DNA of 64,000 nucleotides from an uncultured Planctomycetota bacterium (GTDB lineage Bacteria; Planctomycetota; Planctomycetia; Isosphaerales; Isosphaeraceae). Both the position numbers and the translations under genes were made by a program. The notes under the pieces were generated by a model that made no database searches, was not told where the DNA came from, and saw nothing but the letters and a program-made list of their open reading frames with translations. This document shows positions 11,321 through 23,441 of this stretch, in pieces (the first letter of the stretch is position 1; every line of letters begins with the position of its first letter). Location: the NCBI GenBank assembly GCA_963845755.1, contig CAWJTV010000020.1:256001-320000 (forward strand), read 5' to 3'.

Positions 11321-12246
11321 AAGACTCCCGGATGACGAGGCGGACGATCCGACGTCGCTCGATCGCCGGTTGCGAGCGATTGATTCCGGACCGGTCCCCG
11401 ACGATCTGCTCGTCCGTTGTCTGGGAACGATCCCCGATACGGAGGTTCGACCCGAGCCGCGACAACAAACGTCACGCCCGCTGGAAATCGAGGATCGCGA
11501 CCGCCGCCGCGGCCGTGTTCCTGATCGGCGCCATCGGCTTCCTCGCCCGGCCTCGCCGCGCGGACGCCGCGAGTCTCCTGAAGGCCGTCGAAGCGGCCTG
11601 GACCAAGGTTCCCTCGTCGCATTCCGTGATGCTGATGCGACGGCCAGGCGGCACGCGTCGTGAAGAAACCTGGTTCCTGCGCGACAAGGGTCGGCGTGAG
11701 GAGGTGCGGGACAACGATGAGGTGATCGCCGTGTTTGTCCGGAACCGGCGCTGGGATTTCCGCTGGGACGTTCGGGGACGGATCGTCGCCGCCTGGTTGA
11801 CCGAGTTGGCTACGGGTTATTCTCCGCCCGAGAAGGATGGTCTCGTGCAAAACAGCGAGACATTGCTTCGATGGGCCGAGGAACATCGCGCCGAGATCCG
11901 CGTCGAGCCGGACACGATCGACGGCCGCCGGGCGCGGAAGATCGTACTCCGATGGCCTGGACCACCGAATGGTGGGGCCATGCCGAGGGCGGAGACGATC
12001 TGGTTCGATCCCGATTCGTTTCGCCCGGTGAAGCGTCTCGTCGAATTCGACGACGGTCAGTCGATCGAGACCCGGATCGACTATCCGGCTCCCGAAGCCG
12101 TAGCCGATGACCTCTTCGCGTTCCGGCCGCCTCCGGACGTGTTGATCGAGATCAATGATCCCGACCTGGGGCGGCAGGTCTATTCCGAGGGTCAGCAGAC
12201 GGCGGACAACCCGGACCCGAGCCATCAAAAAGGGGGCGAGCGATGA
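11310..12246 (+). CDS. Putative anti-sigma factor (one TM helix plus LolA-like periplasmic domain), frameshift near 11455
   Basis: Overlaps the sigma stop codon; TM helix ATAAAAVFLIGAIGFL; IWFDPDSFRPVK..IDYP..DDLFAFRPP. Confidence 0.65.
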
Positions 12247-13410
12247 GACGACTGAACCCAACCCGTCGAGCGAACCTCATCCTTGGCACAACACTTCTGG
12301 CGGCAGGCCTGACGGCCTGGCTGACTGCCCGGGGGGCTGACTCTCCGGAGGCCCGCGAAATCAAGGCGAAGCTCTTACGACAATCCCGGCGCATCCGGAG
12401 CCTGGATGTCTCATACAAGCTCGAGGCCAAGACGCCCTTGAAACCGGAACAGTTGCTCGCGATGAATGGGTTCCGGAACCAGCTCTTCCTCCCCCAGGAC
12501 GAATGGAGGATCGCATCCAAAGGGACCAAGCGATACTCCCGCCAGCTCCGGCCCGAGCGCATGAACCTGCTGGGGCCCGCGGACGAGTTCGGCGGGATAC
12601 GCCTACAACCGGTCGACCCCAAGGCGCCGGCCTGGGTCCGCGAAAATCAGAAGAAGCTGATCGAGCAATACGAACGAGCGAAGGCCATGGTCGAGGCCCA
12701 GAAGGCTCGGGGACACGCTCCACGTCCCAGCGATCCCAACATCCGCCCCCTCATCGAGCGCGACGTGACCCGCGCCTTCAACGGCCATACCCTCTGGATG
12801 CGACGGCCGAGGTCGGAGAAGGTGATCGACTACCAGGTTTGGCCCGCCACATCGGAGGCCAACTGGTTCCAGGCCTCCGGATACCTGTCGGCAACCGGGT
12901 TGCACGTCACCGACCCGACGGCGACTGCGATGGTCCGGAACGTCCAGGCGATGTTTCAAGTGGCCGAATGGGTCAAGGACCACTCTTACGAGCTCGAGGA
13001 AAAGACCGAGGTCGTGGACGGATCGACTTGCGTGATCCTCAAGGGCAGTCTCAACTCCCTCTCTCAACCCGCCTTGTTGCTCTGTAACCTGACCGATCGG
13101 ATCTGGCTCGACCGCGACCACGGGCTGGCGCTGCGGCAGGCGAGAGTTCTCCCTTGACGGCCGCATCAGCATGCGGTGGGAGAACTCGGAACTCCGAGAG
13201 GTCGAGCCGGGCCTCTGGCTCCCCACTCAATGCCGGCACGACACCTTCGCCGACGACGCTCCGCCCGAGTGGAAGGGGAAGCCCGTCATGACCGAGGAGA
13301 TCCGCGTGTTGAAAACCGAGATCAATCGCGTCCCGGATGACCTGTTCGACATGATGCCCCAGAAGGGCGACCGCATCGAAGACTTGCGCGGGATCCTCAA
13401 GGGGAAATAG
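12243..13410 (+). CDS. Exported hypothetical protein, frameshift near 13140
   Basis: ATGA-coupled to the previous gene; signal peptide; IWLDRDHGLALRQ continues in another frame to MRWENSELREVEPGLWLP..DDLFD. Confidence 0.65.
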
Positions 13411-13613
13411 GACGCGGCTCCCGGATCGGCCCGCGGGGGTCCCATTCCAGCGCGCGAGCCGAGCGAGGGGTCTCAAATCCAGAATCTCTTTGACCGGCCG
13501 TCAGGCTGGCCAGGGATTGGTCGTCGATTCCGCCGGCCATTCTCGTGGTCATCGGGCTTCCAAGGAAACAATCCTGAGGGCCATCACGTCCCGAAGATAA
13601 TCCGAAAATTTAG

Positions 13614-13641
13614 TTGACGGACCATCCATTCTGGCTATAGT
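13614..13641 (+). promoter_or_regulatory. Sigma70-like promoter candidate
   Basis: TTGACG-N16-TATAGT preceded by an AT-rich tract. Confidence 0.4.
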
Positions 13642-13670
13642 TGTAGTCGTGCGACGTTCTCCGTAACCTT

Positions 13671-14131
13671 TAGAGTCCGTTTCAGGATCCCCGTCTCGGG
13701 GAGAAGGTCGATACGCCGAAGGCATGACACAGCCCAGTCCAGTGTCGCGCAGAGCACGCTGGGTCGGCGGGCGATTGCGGATATCCCGTCCACTGGAATT
13801 CTCCCGCACGCCAACGGGGTTCCCCCCCGCGAGCCCACTTGGGGTGCTGCGTTCAGGTGCGCTCAGGCTCGTGTGATCGCGACCCAAGGTGCACCTGCGG
13901 CGACCCTGGGTTGTGTTGCGCCTTTGGCCTGAGTCCCATTCCAGGGAAATGGGAATCGGAATTCGGGAGTGCGAGGCTCCGTTTGAGCCTCTTGGTAATG
14001 CCGGCTCGCACGGAGGCTCGCCCTCCCGAGGGAATTCGAAGCCGTTTCTCTGTGGAGCGGTACCAAGCCATGGTGGAATCGCGATCCCGCCGAGCGCTTC
14101 CTGGCCTGCGATTCTCTTGAAACAGACGCTT
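13671..14131. mobile_element. MITE-like non-coding element containing REP-like palindromes
   Basis: Imperfect terminal inverted repeats TAGAGTCCGTTTCAGGA and TCTTGAAACAGACGCTT (13/17 match); internal inverted REP-like pairs at 13712-13930 and 13964-14028. Confidence 0.5.
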
Positions 14132-14246
14132 GATTGAGGCGAAGCGCGAAGAAGGTGCGGCATTTGAAGCCGCCCGATGTCGAACGGATGATTCGGCAAG
14201 GAAGCGGCAACTCCCTCATCGAATTCCCGACCTGAGGAGCTCAGCG

Positions 14247-15362
14247 ATGCGTCGAAAATCGAATCCGTCGCCTGGACCTCTGAGTGAACGGCGAATCGGA
14301 CCGACGAGGACGGGAGTCGGATCGGCGCGAGTTTCCCTTTGCCAACCTGAGACGGTGTGGCTCGTCGCAGCGACCTTGATCATTCTGGTCTGGCTCGCGG
14401 ACCTAGGCAGTGTCAAGGAGGGTATGCCCGTCCGACTGGTCCCGGGCAAGCCCGGCGGCCACACCTCCTCGTTTGTACTCTCCGCTAACGGGACGAAGAT
14501 GGCGGTCACGGACCTGGATGGATCCGTGGCGCTGCGAGATGTCCGAAGCGGATGGAAGATCGAAAGTCTCCTTAGGAACCCGGGTTATACGCGGTCGGCG
14601 TCGTTTTTCCCAGACGGCCGATTCCTCGCGTGTGCGGGATCGAAGACCGGCATTACTCTGCATGACCTGGAGCCGGGTGGCGAGGTGCGGACGCTGCCAG
14701 TACCTCTCGAAGACATCCGATTCGTCGCAATCGCGCCAGACTGTCAAACGCTCGTGGTGACGACGAAGCGGGATGGGCGAATCCTCTTCTGGAACCTGGC
14801 CGAATCTCGGGTATCGAGGATGCTGCACTCCCCCAGCCCTGTCGTGAGCCTGGCCTTCTCACCCGACGGCCGTTACCTGGTCTCCGGACAACGCGACGCC
14901 GATTTCTCGATGAGCCTCTGGGACATCCATACGGGCCGATGCCGGCACAGGCTGACCGGGACTGGTGGCGGCGTCAGGGCCCTCGCGTTCTCGAACAGTG
15001 GCGACAGGCTCGCCTCCGCGGGATCATGGGAACACGGGGTTCGACTATGGGATCTGGGGTCGGGAAAGCTGGAGCGAGTGATTGAAGGACATGCCTTCGG
15101 GACCACTGGGCTCTCGTTCTCGCCCGACGGCACCACCCTGGCCACCGCCGGCAACGACGGAGCGGTCCGGCTTTGGAAGGTGTCAACCGGCCGACAGGAA
15201 GCCGTCCTCGACGGCGACGCCACCACGCTCGTCGGCGTTGTCTTCTCGCCCGACGGCCAATGGGTCGCCGCAGCATCGATGGACGATGACCACCTCCGCA
15301 TGTGGGACCTATCCGGGGCCAGGGCGGACCAATCGACGACCGTCGGCCATCGGTCGCGATGA
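14247..15362 (+). CDS. WD40-repeat protein with N-terminal TM segment
   Basis: Repeated AFSPDG..LAS..LWD units; GAGGAG RBS before ATG 14247. Confidence 0.9.
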   Translation: MRRKSNPSPGPLSERRIGPTRTGVGSARVSLCQPETVWLVAATLIILVWLADLGSVKEGMPVRLVPGKPGGHTSSFVLSANGTKMAVTDLDGSVALRDVRSGWKIESLLRNPGYTRSASFFPDGRFLACAGSKTGITLHDLEPGGEVRTLPVPLEDIRFVAIAPDCQTLVVTTKRDGRILFWNLAESRVSRMLHSPSPVVSLAFSPDGRYLVSGQRDADFSMSLWDIHTGRCRHRLTGTGGGVRALAFSNSGDRLASAGSWEHGVRLWDLGSGKLERVIEGHAFGTTGLSFSPDGTTLATAGNDGAVRLWKVSTGRQEAVLDGDATTLVGVVFSPDGQWVAAASMDDDHLRMWDLSGARADQSTTVGHRSR

Positions 15363-15583
15363 GGCCGGCGGGACCGAGCAGGGATGTGGAGGTGCGAGGG
15401 TGAGTCGTCGGTGCAGAGGGAAATCGACACCAGAGGACCTCGCTGGCCGGCATGCCGATGCCGATGGATTCGACAGGTGCACTCATGCGATTACGCAACA
15501 CGTTGGAACAATCGTGTCCAGGCATCGGCCACTCGGATGAGGGTCAGGTCTCACGAGAGCCAGATGGTCGATTCTTCGTGCGA

Positions 15584-15716
15584 AGGATCCCTGCGCCGCA
15601 CGCGCGCCCGGGGAATTCCCGATTCAACATACCCGATTTCAGAAGAGGCGATTTCGGTTCCTGGAATCGGGAATCCGGAATTCCTCCTTGGTTGCGGCCG
15701 GACGTCGCGTTAGGCT
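15584..15716. repeat. Dispersed palindromic repeat, copy 1
   Basis: AGGATCCCTGCG..GATTC/GAATC units..GGTTGCGGCCG; related to 27727-27873. Confidence 0.6.
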
Positions 15717-15784
15717 GAAAGAAGGTGGCCGGAGTTCCGCCCGGGTCGTAAGCAGGGGATTCATCGTCTTTCGTCAGAGCGGGC

Positions 15785-17619
15785 ATGAGCATGTCCTACA
15801 CAGCTTTGGTCCAGACCTATACCGCTCAGCGGAACCCGCTCTGCCGGCCGTTCGAGATCGATCGCCTGATCCATCGGTGTTTCCGCTCGGACATCCTTCC
15901 GGATCGGGCCGATTATCCCCGGTTCCAGGAATCCGAGATCTTCGGGGACCTTTACCTCACGCGCCGAGGTTGGAAGGACCGCATCGAGGAGCCCCAGACC
16001 GCTCATCCCCACGAAACGCTCCTCGACGCCCTCTTCTGGGACGACTCCTTCCCGCAGGCCCCTGTGCATCCTGGGCATGGTCGGGGCCGGGAAATCGACG
16101 TTGATCGACTATTACTTGAGGTGCTTCTGCCCGACCAAGGGGAACCGCAATGCGGAATTCGACAAGAAGCTGATCCTCCATTTCGACGCGCGGACGATCC
16201 GCGACAACACCGACTTCTACCACCGGTTCTTCCTGTTCCTCCAATCCGAGATGCGGAACAAATGCCTTGAACGGGGATTCGACCTGGACGAGGCGGTCCG
16301 CCGCCGACCGACCCCGCCACAGAACGTCCGGCAGTGGGTGCACGCCGCGCTCGAGGAGCTGACGCGAGCCCCGTCGAAATCACCGGTGATGTCGTCAATG
16401 TCGCCATTCTCGTTCGTCGTGCTGGTCGTGGACAACCTCGATCAGTCGTCGATCGACGTGCAGATTCGCGCGATCACCGAGGTCGAGCAATGGCTGAGAA
16501 CGCCCTCGATCCGGCTGTCGCGCGTCATCCTGCCGATGTGGCCGAGCACCTTCCGCAAGCTCCAGAACCACCAGTTCAATCTGCTCCACGGCGCGGGTCT
16601 TCGAGATCGGACCGATCGACACCCACGATCTGCTCGCCAACCGCGAGCGGGCCTCGCGCGAGTTCCTCGAGCGCCAATCCACCCCGGGCTCCGGCGCGGT
16701 CATCGAGTACATCGCCCACATGACGCGCCTGGCGAAGGAGCGACTCTTACCGCGGATCAAGGCCATCGCCCACGAGAACCTCCGGCTGATGCTCTCGCTC
16801 TGGGAATCGCTGCTGTGCGGTGACACGGCCTACAGCATCTGGAAGCAAAGCAAGCCGAATCCGGATTCCCGGCGCACGTTCGACTACGAGCTCCTCGACG
16901 CGCTCCTGGTTGGCACCAACGACGCGTTCGACCATGACGAACATCGCATCGCCAACCTCTTTGCGATGGGGGCCGGCCGCGTCCGGCCGCGAGACCTCCT
17001 GATCGGCCACCATGCCCTCCAGCTCCTGGCGCAGGACCGTCATACTCAGGTCGACCTACACCAGGCCTTGCGGAGCCTGGGCTACTCCGAGGCGAACATC
17101 GGCGTCGTCGAGAAATCGCTCCTGACGTTCAACTTCTTCCACGAGGAGCCGGCGGGCGGCAAGATGATCGAGTACGAGATCCATGAAGACGTCGTGCAGG
17201 AGTACCTCGCCCTGCGCTTCGAGCCCGCCTATGTGGACAACGTCGCTACGGTCACGCCCGTCGACCCGAAGTATCTCAACCGGATGTATCGGACGCGCGG
17301 CGACCGCCCCGACGATTTCACCCGCCGGGTCGGGACCACGCTCGCCTTCCTGGAATTCGTCCGCGAGTGTGAAGATCAGTTCCGCGACCCGAGGCTCGTC
17401 ACGAACACCGCGCCCGAGATTCTCATCAAGGCGCTCGAATCGCTCAAGCTGGTCTGCCTCTGGAGGCAGATGGCCCTGCGCTACCAGGACCGCCTCACGG
17501 GTCTACGGGAAAGCGGCTATCTCCGCACGATCGACCCGGTGTGGTGGGAATCGACGGTCGGAAACCCGTTGTTCGAGCAGGCTCGAGAGGCGCCGGAGTT
17601 CCTCAGGTCGTTGGCCTGA
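15785..17619 (+). CDS. P-loop NTPase (STAND/KAP-like) of unknown function, two frameshifts
   Basis: Walker A GMVGAGKST, Walker B VVLVVDNLD; ORFs 15785, 16077 and 16720 join into ~610 aa. Confidence 0.75.
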
Positions 17620-17753
17620 GGGACCCAGTCCTCTCGTCTTCAGCCCCTCCGTGTCGTCGTACGGTGAGCCATTCCCCGAGGTGCAGGAAGGGTTCGTGCG
17701 CGTATGATTCGCCCGCTCGATCGCCTCGAAAGGAGTCGATCGAACCGGACGAG

Positions 17754-19558
17754 TCATTCGTCCTCCTTGGGATCCCGCGCCACGCGAAATCCGAATTTCC
17801 AGGCGCTCATACTGGTATCGTTCGGCTCCCAGGCCACGCGCGCCGACGAGCACAGGCTGGGCGCGGGATCATACCACGACCCGCCGCGGAGCACGCGCGT
17901 CGTGCCCCATTCCGGGCCGATCGGATCGATGTTTGCGGCCGAGTCATAAGGTCCACTCCAATCCCAGCACCATTCCCAGACATTCCCGTGCATGTCGTGG
18001 AGGCCGAACCGGTTGGCCGGCCAGTGCCCGACTGGCTGGACCGAGTCCTTCGCGTTCTCCTGGAACCAGGCGTGCTGGGGAAGCTGCGCGGGTTCGTTGC
18101 CGAAGCTGTAGCGGTCCGGAGAGCCCGCGCGGCAGGCATACTCCCACTGCGCCTCGGTCGGCAGGCGGTATCCGGGCCCTCCCTGGCAGGTGACCTGTTC
18201 GCCATCGATCCGATAATAGGGCCGGAGCCCTTCGACCTCGCTCAGCGTGTTACAGAAATGGATGGCGTCGAGCCAGGTCACGTTCTCCATCGGGGCGGCA
18301 TCAATCCCGGCGAAATAGGGGGCGGACGCGTTGCCCATCAACTTGCGATACTGTGCCTGGGTTACGGGAAACACGCCGAGCAGGAAATTGTGAGTCAGGG
18401 TGACCCGACGCATCGGCGCCTCGTTCCCGAAATGATTCTCCCGGGAGCCCATCTCGAATGAACCCTGCGGGACACGAACCAGGATGAGATCGGTCGCGCC
18501 CGGTGCCAGCACCTCGGTCGGCGTTCGACACCCCGTCGGCCCGCGACTCGATCTGCTGGATTCGAAACGAAGGAGCCGCCGACGGGATGCCGAGGATCTC
18601 GCCGATCGCGTCGGCCATCGCGTTCATCGACGCGAAGCGGCCGGCCGGGTCCCGCTCGGTGGCCTTCTGAAACAGTGCGTCGATCCGGCCGTCGAGATCG
18701 GCGCGGACCGTTGAACGGGACGACGGTCAGTCCGGTCCGGATCTCCTGGAGGATCGCGGACCGGTGCCAGTCGTCGATCGGGTTCCGGTAGGGGAAACCG
18801 CCCGTGAGGAGCCGGAAGGTCAAGATCCCGAGGGCGTAGACATCGGTCGGTTTGTCGATGTCGTCCCGCGAGCCGGCGATTTGTTCGGGCGACATGTAGA
18901 GCAATGAGCCGAGGATCTGATGAGCGTCCGTGATTCGCGCATCGATCGGCCGATCGGTGAGCACTGCGAGTCCGAAGTCGGTGACGCGCGGCTGGCCGTC
19001 CGATCCGAAGAGCACGTTGGATGGCTTGATATCCCGGTGGACGACCCCATGACGGTGCGCGTGCTCCAGTCCCAGGGCCAGCGTCCGCATCAACTCCAGG
19101 ACCGCCTGCGGCGGGGACTCGCGATACGCGTCGGCCCGATCCTCCAACGAACCCCCTTCCAGATACTCCATCGTCAGGAACGGGGGGACGTGGTGGACAT
19201 CGTGGTCGAAGAGCTTGCACAGGTTCTCGTGGTTCAGCCGCTCGACGGCCTCGACTTCGATGCGAAAGCGATCGGGGATCTGGGGCACCCGATGGCCCAA
19301 TTCGAGCGGGACCTTGAGCGCAACCTGCCGGTCAAGCCGGTAGTCCCAGGCGCGGAAGACCTCGCCCATCCCACCGCCGCCGATCCGCTTCAATACATGA
19401 TACCGGATCGTCCGGTCGAGCTCGGCGGGACCGAAGGGTGCGACCGGATCGAACGGCTGGCGGCATGCCGGGCAGATGCTGTTGACCCCGAGCCGGTCAC
19501 CGTCAACCTCGATGTGCCGGCAGCACCTGGGATTCGGACATCGCACGCGGAACTGCAT
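17754..19558 (-). CDS. Zn-ribbon / Ser/Thr protein kinase / FGE-sulfatase (SUMF1) domain protein, frameshifted
   Basis: CPNPRC..CPAC; IGGGGMGEVF, VALK, HRDIKPSNV, DFG; YRLPTEAQWEYACRAG, DMHGNVWEWC, RVLRGGSW, FGFRV. Confidence 0.9.
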
Positions 19559-19915
19559 CGCGTGAAACCTGGGAGAGTGGCGCAAGGCTCGCTTGTCGAC
19601 TCGGGATCCTTCGTCCGGCAATCATTCTCGGGGAAATGATCCTCAGTTGCAACGAGTTGGCAGAAAAGACAAGTCCGTAAGGCACGACAGGAAAACTCTG
19701 GTGAATCCGCGGAAAGAAAAGGTCTGGATTCGAGTCGGCATCGAGTTTGCTACTGGAGATTCGATTAAGGACAGGTCAGAGCCGGTCCTACCAAGGAGGG
19801 ATGGGCGCTCGGTCTCGGATGGGCTCGAAGTCACTTCGACCTGACCGATACTCGAGGTGTCGTGAGGGCCGGTTCAACTTTTCTCCGGGAATCCACTGGA
19901 ACCGAGGAGCTGACG

Positions 19916-20928
19916 ATGACGATCCGAGAAAAGGTCGTGATCGGCGTGATGGCCGGCGCAGGCATGGCGTGGGGTGCTCGACGCCTCTTGCGTCTTTCAC
20001 GGCGAATCACGCTGAGGGATCGCGTCGTGATCATTACGGGGGCGTCGAGCGGCCACGGACTGATGGCCGCCCGTTACGCCGCCGGGCGCGGCGCGCATCT
20101 TGTGCTGGCCGCGCGCGATCTGGAGAATCTCGGCGCCGCCGAGATCGAAATGACCCATGCCGGAGCGCGGAGCGTCCTGGCGGTCCCCAGCGATGTCACG
20201 GTTCCCGAGCAGTGCCAGTACCTGGTGGATCTCACGATCGAACGACATGGGCGCGTCGACATCCTGGTCAATAACGCTGGCATCATGCTGGTCGGTCCGT
20301 TGGAGAACATGACGCTCGGCGATTTCGAGAACGCCATGGCCACCAACTTCTGGGGAGCCGTAAACTGCACGCTGGCCGTCTTGCCACAGATGCCGCGCAA
20401 CGATTCGGCCGGATTGCCAACGTGGTCTCCCTCGGCGGCAAGATGCCGGTTCCCCACCTCACCCCCTATACCACCAGCAAGTTCGCCCTGGCCGGCCTGA
20501 CCCAGGCGTTGCGGACCGAACTGGCCAAGGATGGGATCCTCGTCACGGGCATCTATCCCAACCTGATGCGCACCGGCGGACATACTCACGCGTGGATCAA
20601 GGGAGATCATCAGACCGAGTATACGCTCGTCGGTATCACGGATACCTTGCCGGTCCTCTCAACCTCCGCCGAATACGTCGCTCGGCGACTCTGGCAGGCC
20701 GTATGCGACGGAGATGCCGAGGTGGTGGTTGGCTGGCCAGCCCGACTCGCCGCCATGATCCACGCGCTGTTTCCCAATGGGAGCGTCGAGGGACTGGCTC
20801 TCCTCGGCCACATCTTGCCCCTCGCGTCCGAGACCGGCGAAGCCATTCAGGGCGAGAACATCCGCGGCCAGGTCCCCGAGTGGCTCAGTCAGCAAGTCCC
20901 TACATCCGCACGCCCTCAGTCCGTATGA
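19916..20928 (+). CDS. SDR family oxidoreductase, frameshift near 20400
   Basis: TGASSGHG, NNAG, YTTSK catalytic motif. Confidence 0.9.
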
Positions 20929-21025
20929 TGCCGGGCTCGCAAAGGCGATTGAGGCGCGGCATCGCCATGGCCGATCCGATAGAATAGCCGGTCGGCGACC
21001 TGCGATTCGAGTCGAGGAGACATCC

Positions 21026-21597
21026 ATGGCGATCACGTACGAGGATGCCGCAGCCAAGCTCCACGAGTGGACGGATAATCCCGCGTTGCGGAACCATGCG
21101 CGCGGGTCGAGGCCTCGATGCGGCGGGCGGCGTACCGCTATGGTGCCGGCGCGGCCGATGAGACTCGGTGGGCCATGACCGGGCTATTGCATGACGCCGA
21201 CTATGACCGATGGCCCGAGGAGCACCCGCGATTGATCGTCGCATGGCTCCGCGAGCAGGGTGAGCCCGAGATCGCCCAGGCCGTCGTCGCTCATTTCAAT
21301 CCCGCGGACGTCCCCGATCTGACCCCGATGGACAAGGCACTCCTGGCCTGCGACGAGTTGACGGGTTTCGTCATGGCATGTTGCCTGGTTCGCCCGGACG
21401 GCATCCGCTCGCTCGCTCCCTCGAGCGTCAAGAAGAAACTGAAAGACAAGAGCTTTGCGGCGAAGGTCAGCCGAACGGATGTCTACTCCGGCGCCGAGAG
21501 ACTCGGCGTGCCACTGGATGAGCAGATCCAGCTCGTCATCGACGCCCTGACTCCGCATGCCGAGGCACTCGGCATCGCCGGCGCCGAGCGAACGTGA
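21026..21597 (+). CDS. HD-domain (HDIG) hydrolase, frameshift near 21105
   Basis: LRNH..GLLHDADY..ALLACDELTG..KKKLKDKSFAAKVSR. Confidence 0.88.
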
Positions 21598-21790
21598 CCG
21601 CCGCAGGCCCCCCCACCTGCGAAGGGGCTCGACGAATGCCGTTGGCATTTCGGGATCCGGCGTGGTCCCAGCAGGAATTCCGTGGCCATTCTGGATAAAT
21701 GTTCGGATGGATGCGAACCCTGACGAGGAGATCAGTGTCGGGTCAGAGGAAAACTTCCGGCGGAATGAGTCGTTCATCCCATGAAAGGAT

Positions 21791-22549
21791 GTGTCGATGA
21801 TGACTGCGACCGTCGACTGGTGGCGGACCTTTTTCTCGGGCATGATCGTGGAGTCCTGGCTCAAGTCCACGACGGCCGAGCAGACCCGGCAAGAAGCGGA
21901 TTTCATCCGGGAGACTCTACGTGTCCCGCCGTCGGCCAGGCTCCTCGACGTCCCTTGTGGCGGAGGGCGTCATTGCCACGCCCTGGCCGAGCTCGGTTAC
22001 CACATGACGGGCGTTGACATCTCGGCAGAGTTCCTCGAGGCGGCGAACGCTCCAGCCGGGGTAGGGCCGGGCACCATAGCCTGGGAGCATCGCGAGATGC
22101 GAGACCTCCCCTGGCAGGGGGCCCTTGATGGAGCCTACTCCTTTGGCAACAGCTTCGGCTATCTCGATGACGAGGGCAACGCCGCGTTCCTCAAGGCCGT
22201 GGCCAACGCACTGAAGCCGGGGGCTCGGTTCGTCCTCGAAACAGGGTATGTCGCGGAAACCCTGCTCCCCGTCTTGCAGGAACGCGCCTGGTACCCGGTC
22301 GGCGACATGCTCATGCTGTCGCATCGGCGGTATGACCCGATCGAAGGCCGGCTACATGTCGAGTATCTCCACATCCGCAATGGCGAGAGGGACCGGCGAA
22401 CGATGTCGGCCCGAATCCACACCTGCCGCGAGGTCTTCCGCCTCCTGGCTGACGCCGGATTCACCGACATGCAGGCGTATGGATCGCTCGCCAAGGAACC
22501 ATTCCGTCTCGGATCGAACCGGCTGCTGATGGTTGCGACGAAGTCCTGA
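21791..22549 (+). CDS. Class I SAM-dependent methyltransferase
   Basis: LLDVPCGGGRH, GVDIS, NSFGY, LKPGARFVLE. Confidence 0.9.
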   Translation: MSMMTATVDWWRTFFSGMIVESWLKSTTAEQTRQEADFIRETLRVPPSARLLDVPCGGGRHCHALAELGYHMTGVDISAEFLEAANAPAGVGPGTIAWEHREMRDLPWQGALDGAYSFGNSFGYLDDEGNAAFLKAVANALKPGARFVLETGYVAETLLPVLQERAWYPVGDMLMLSHRRYDPIEGRLHVEYLHIRNGERDRRTMSARIHTCREVFRLLADAGFTDMQAYGSLAKEPFRLGSNRLLMVATKS

Positions 22550-22565
22550 GAAAACCGCTCCCGGC

Positions 22566-23441
22566 TCAATCGACCTTCGCCGCAACCTCGTCGTCCCTGA
22601 CGGCGCAGGCGGCCGTTGGGGATTGGCTCTGCTGGGGGAAGAGGCCGTAGATGATCGCCTGGAATCGGTTTGTCAGGGCGTCCACCTCGGCCTTCGGCAG
22701 TCCCCAGGTCACCAGCGAGAGATAGAGGAACTGGCCGTGGCCGGGGATGGACGACATCTCAAGGTTCAGGATCGACTTGTTCAGGCTCTCGACCATCGCC
22801 GCGAGCGTCTTGCCCGGAACGTAATTGCGCACGATGCCTGCGAGCACATCGCCCTGGCTGGTCACGAACCGGAACGGCGCACCGACGGAGAGGTCGTCCG
22901 AGCTTCCTTCCTGGACCAGACCATCAGGACTCATCAGGCGGGCCCAGGCTTCGGCCAGGGGGATCGCGAGGACCGCGAAGATCACGACGTTCCCGGCGGG
23001 CTGGCCGGGGTGGTTCTCGAGATAATGCTTCATCGTGCTGTGGAAGAGGTCCCAGCCGTGATAGGTCCCGTCGTATTCCTGGTCCCACTCGGGGCCTTCA
23101 CCGAACCCGGAAGCGACCATCCGGATGCGGGTGACGCCCCCCTCATGCTGGAGATACCAGTCGATCGCATAGGGCTCTGAGGTCGGGGATCCACTGAGAT
23201 CGGGCCTGACGGATTCGGTGCGGAGGTGGACGCCCGGCTCCCAGACGGTCACAACGTTGGTCGCCTTGGCTCCGCCACCCCAGTCGATCTCCCGCCGACC
23301 GCCCACGCCGGCCTCGCAGGTCGCCTCCTTGCAGAACCATCGCGTGAGCTCTTCACCCTCCGTGATCGCCTTCCAGACCGCCTCCACGGGAGCCGTCACC
23401 TCGAACGTCTTCTCGTACGACCGGCCCTTCGTCGCGCTCAT
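22566..23441 (-). CDS. SRPBCC (AHSA1/START-like) domain protein
   Basis: APVEAVWKAITEGEELTRWF..GW..LKHYLE pattern; possible second degenerate domain. Confidence 0.85.
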   Translation of the reverse strand: MSATKGRSYEKTFEVTAPVEAVWKAITEGEELTRWFCKEATCEAGVGGRREIDWGGGAKATNVVTVWEPGVHLRTESVRPDLSGSPTSEPYAIDWYLQHEGGVTRIRMVASGFGEGPEWDQEYDGTYHGWDLFHSTMKHYLENHPGQPAGNVVIFAVLAIPLAEAWARLMSPDGLVQEGSSDDLSVGAPFRFVTSQGDVLAGIVRNYVPGKTLAAMVESLNKSILNLEMSSIPGHGQFLYLSLVTWGLPKAEVDALTNRFQAIIYGLFPQQSQSPTAACAVRDDEVAAKVD

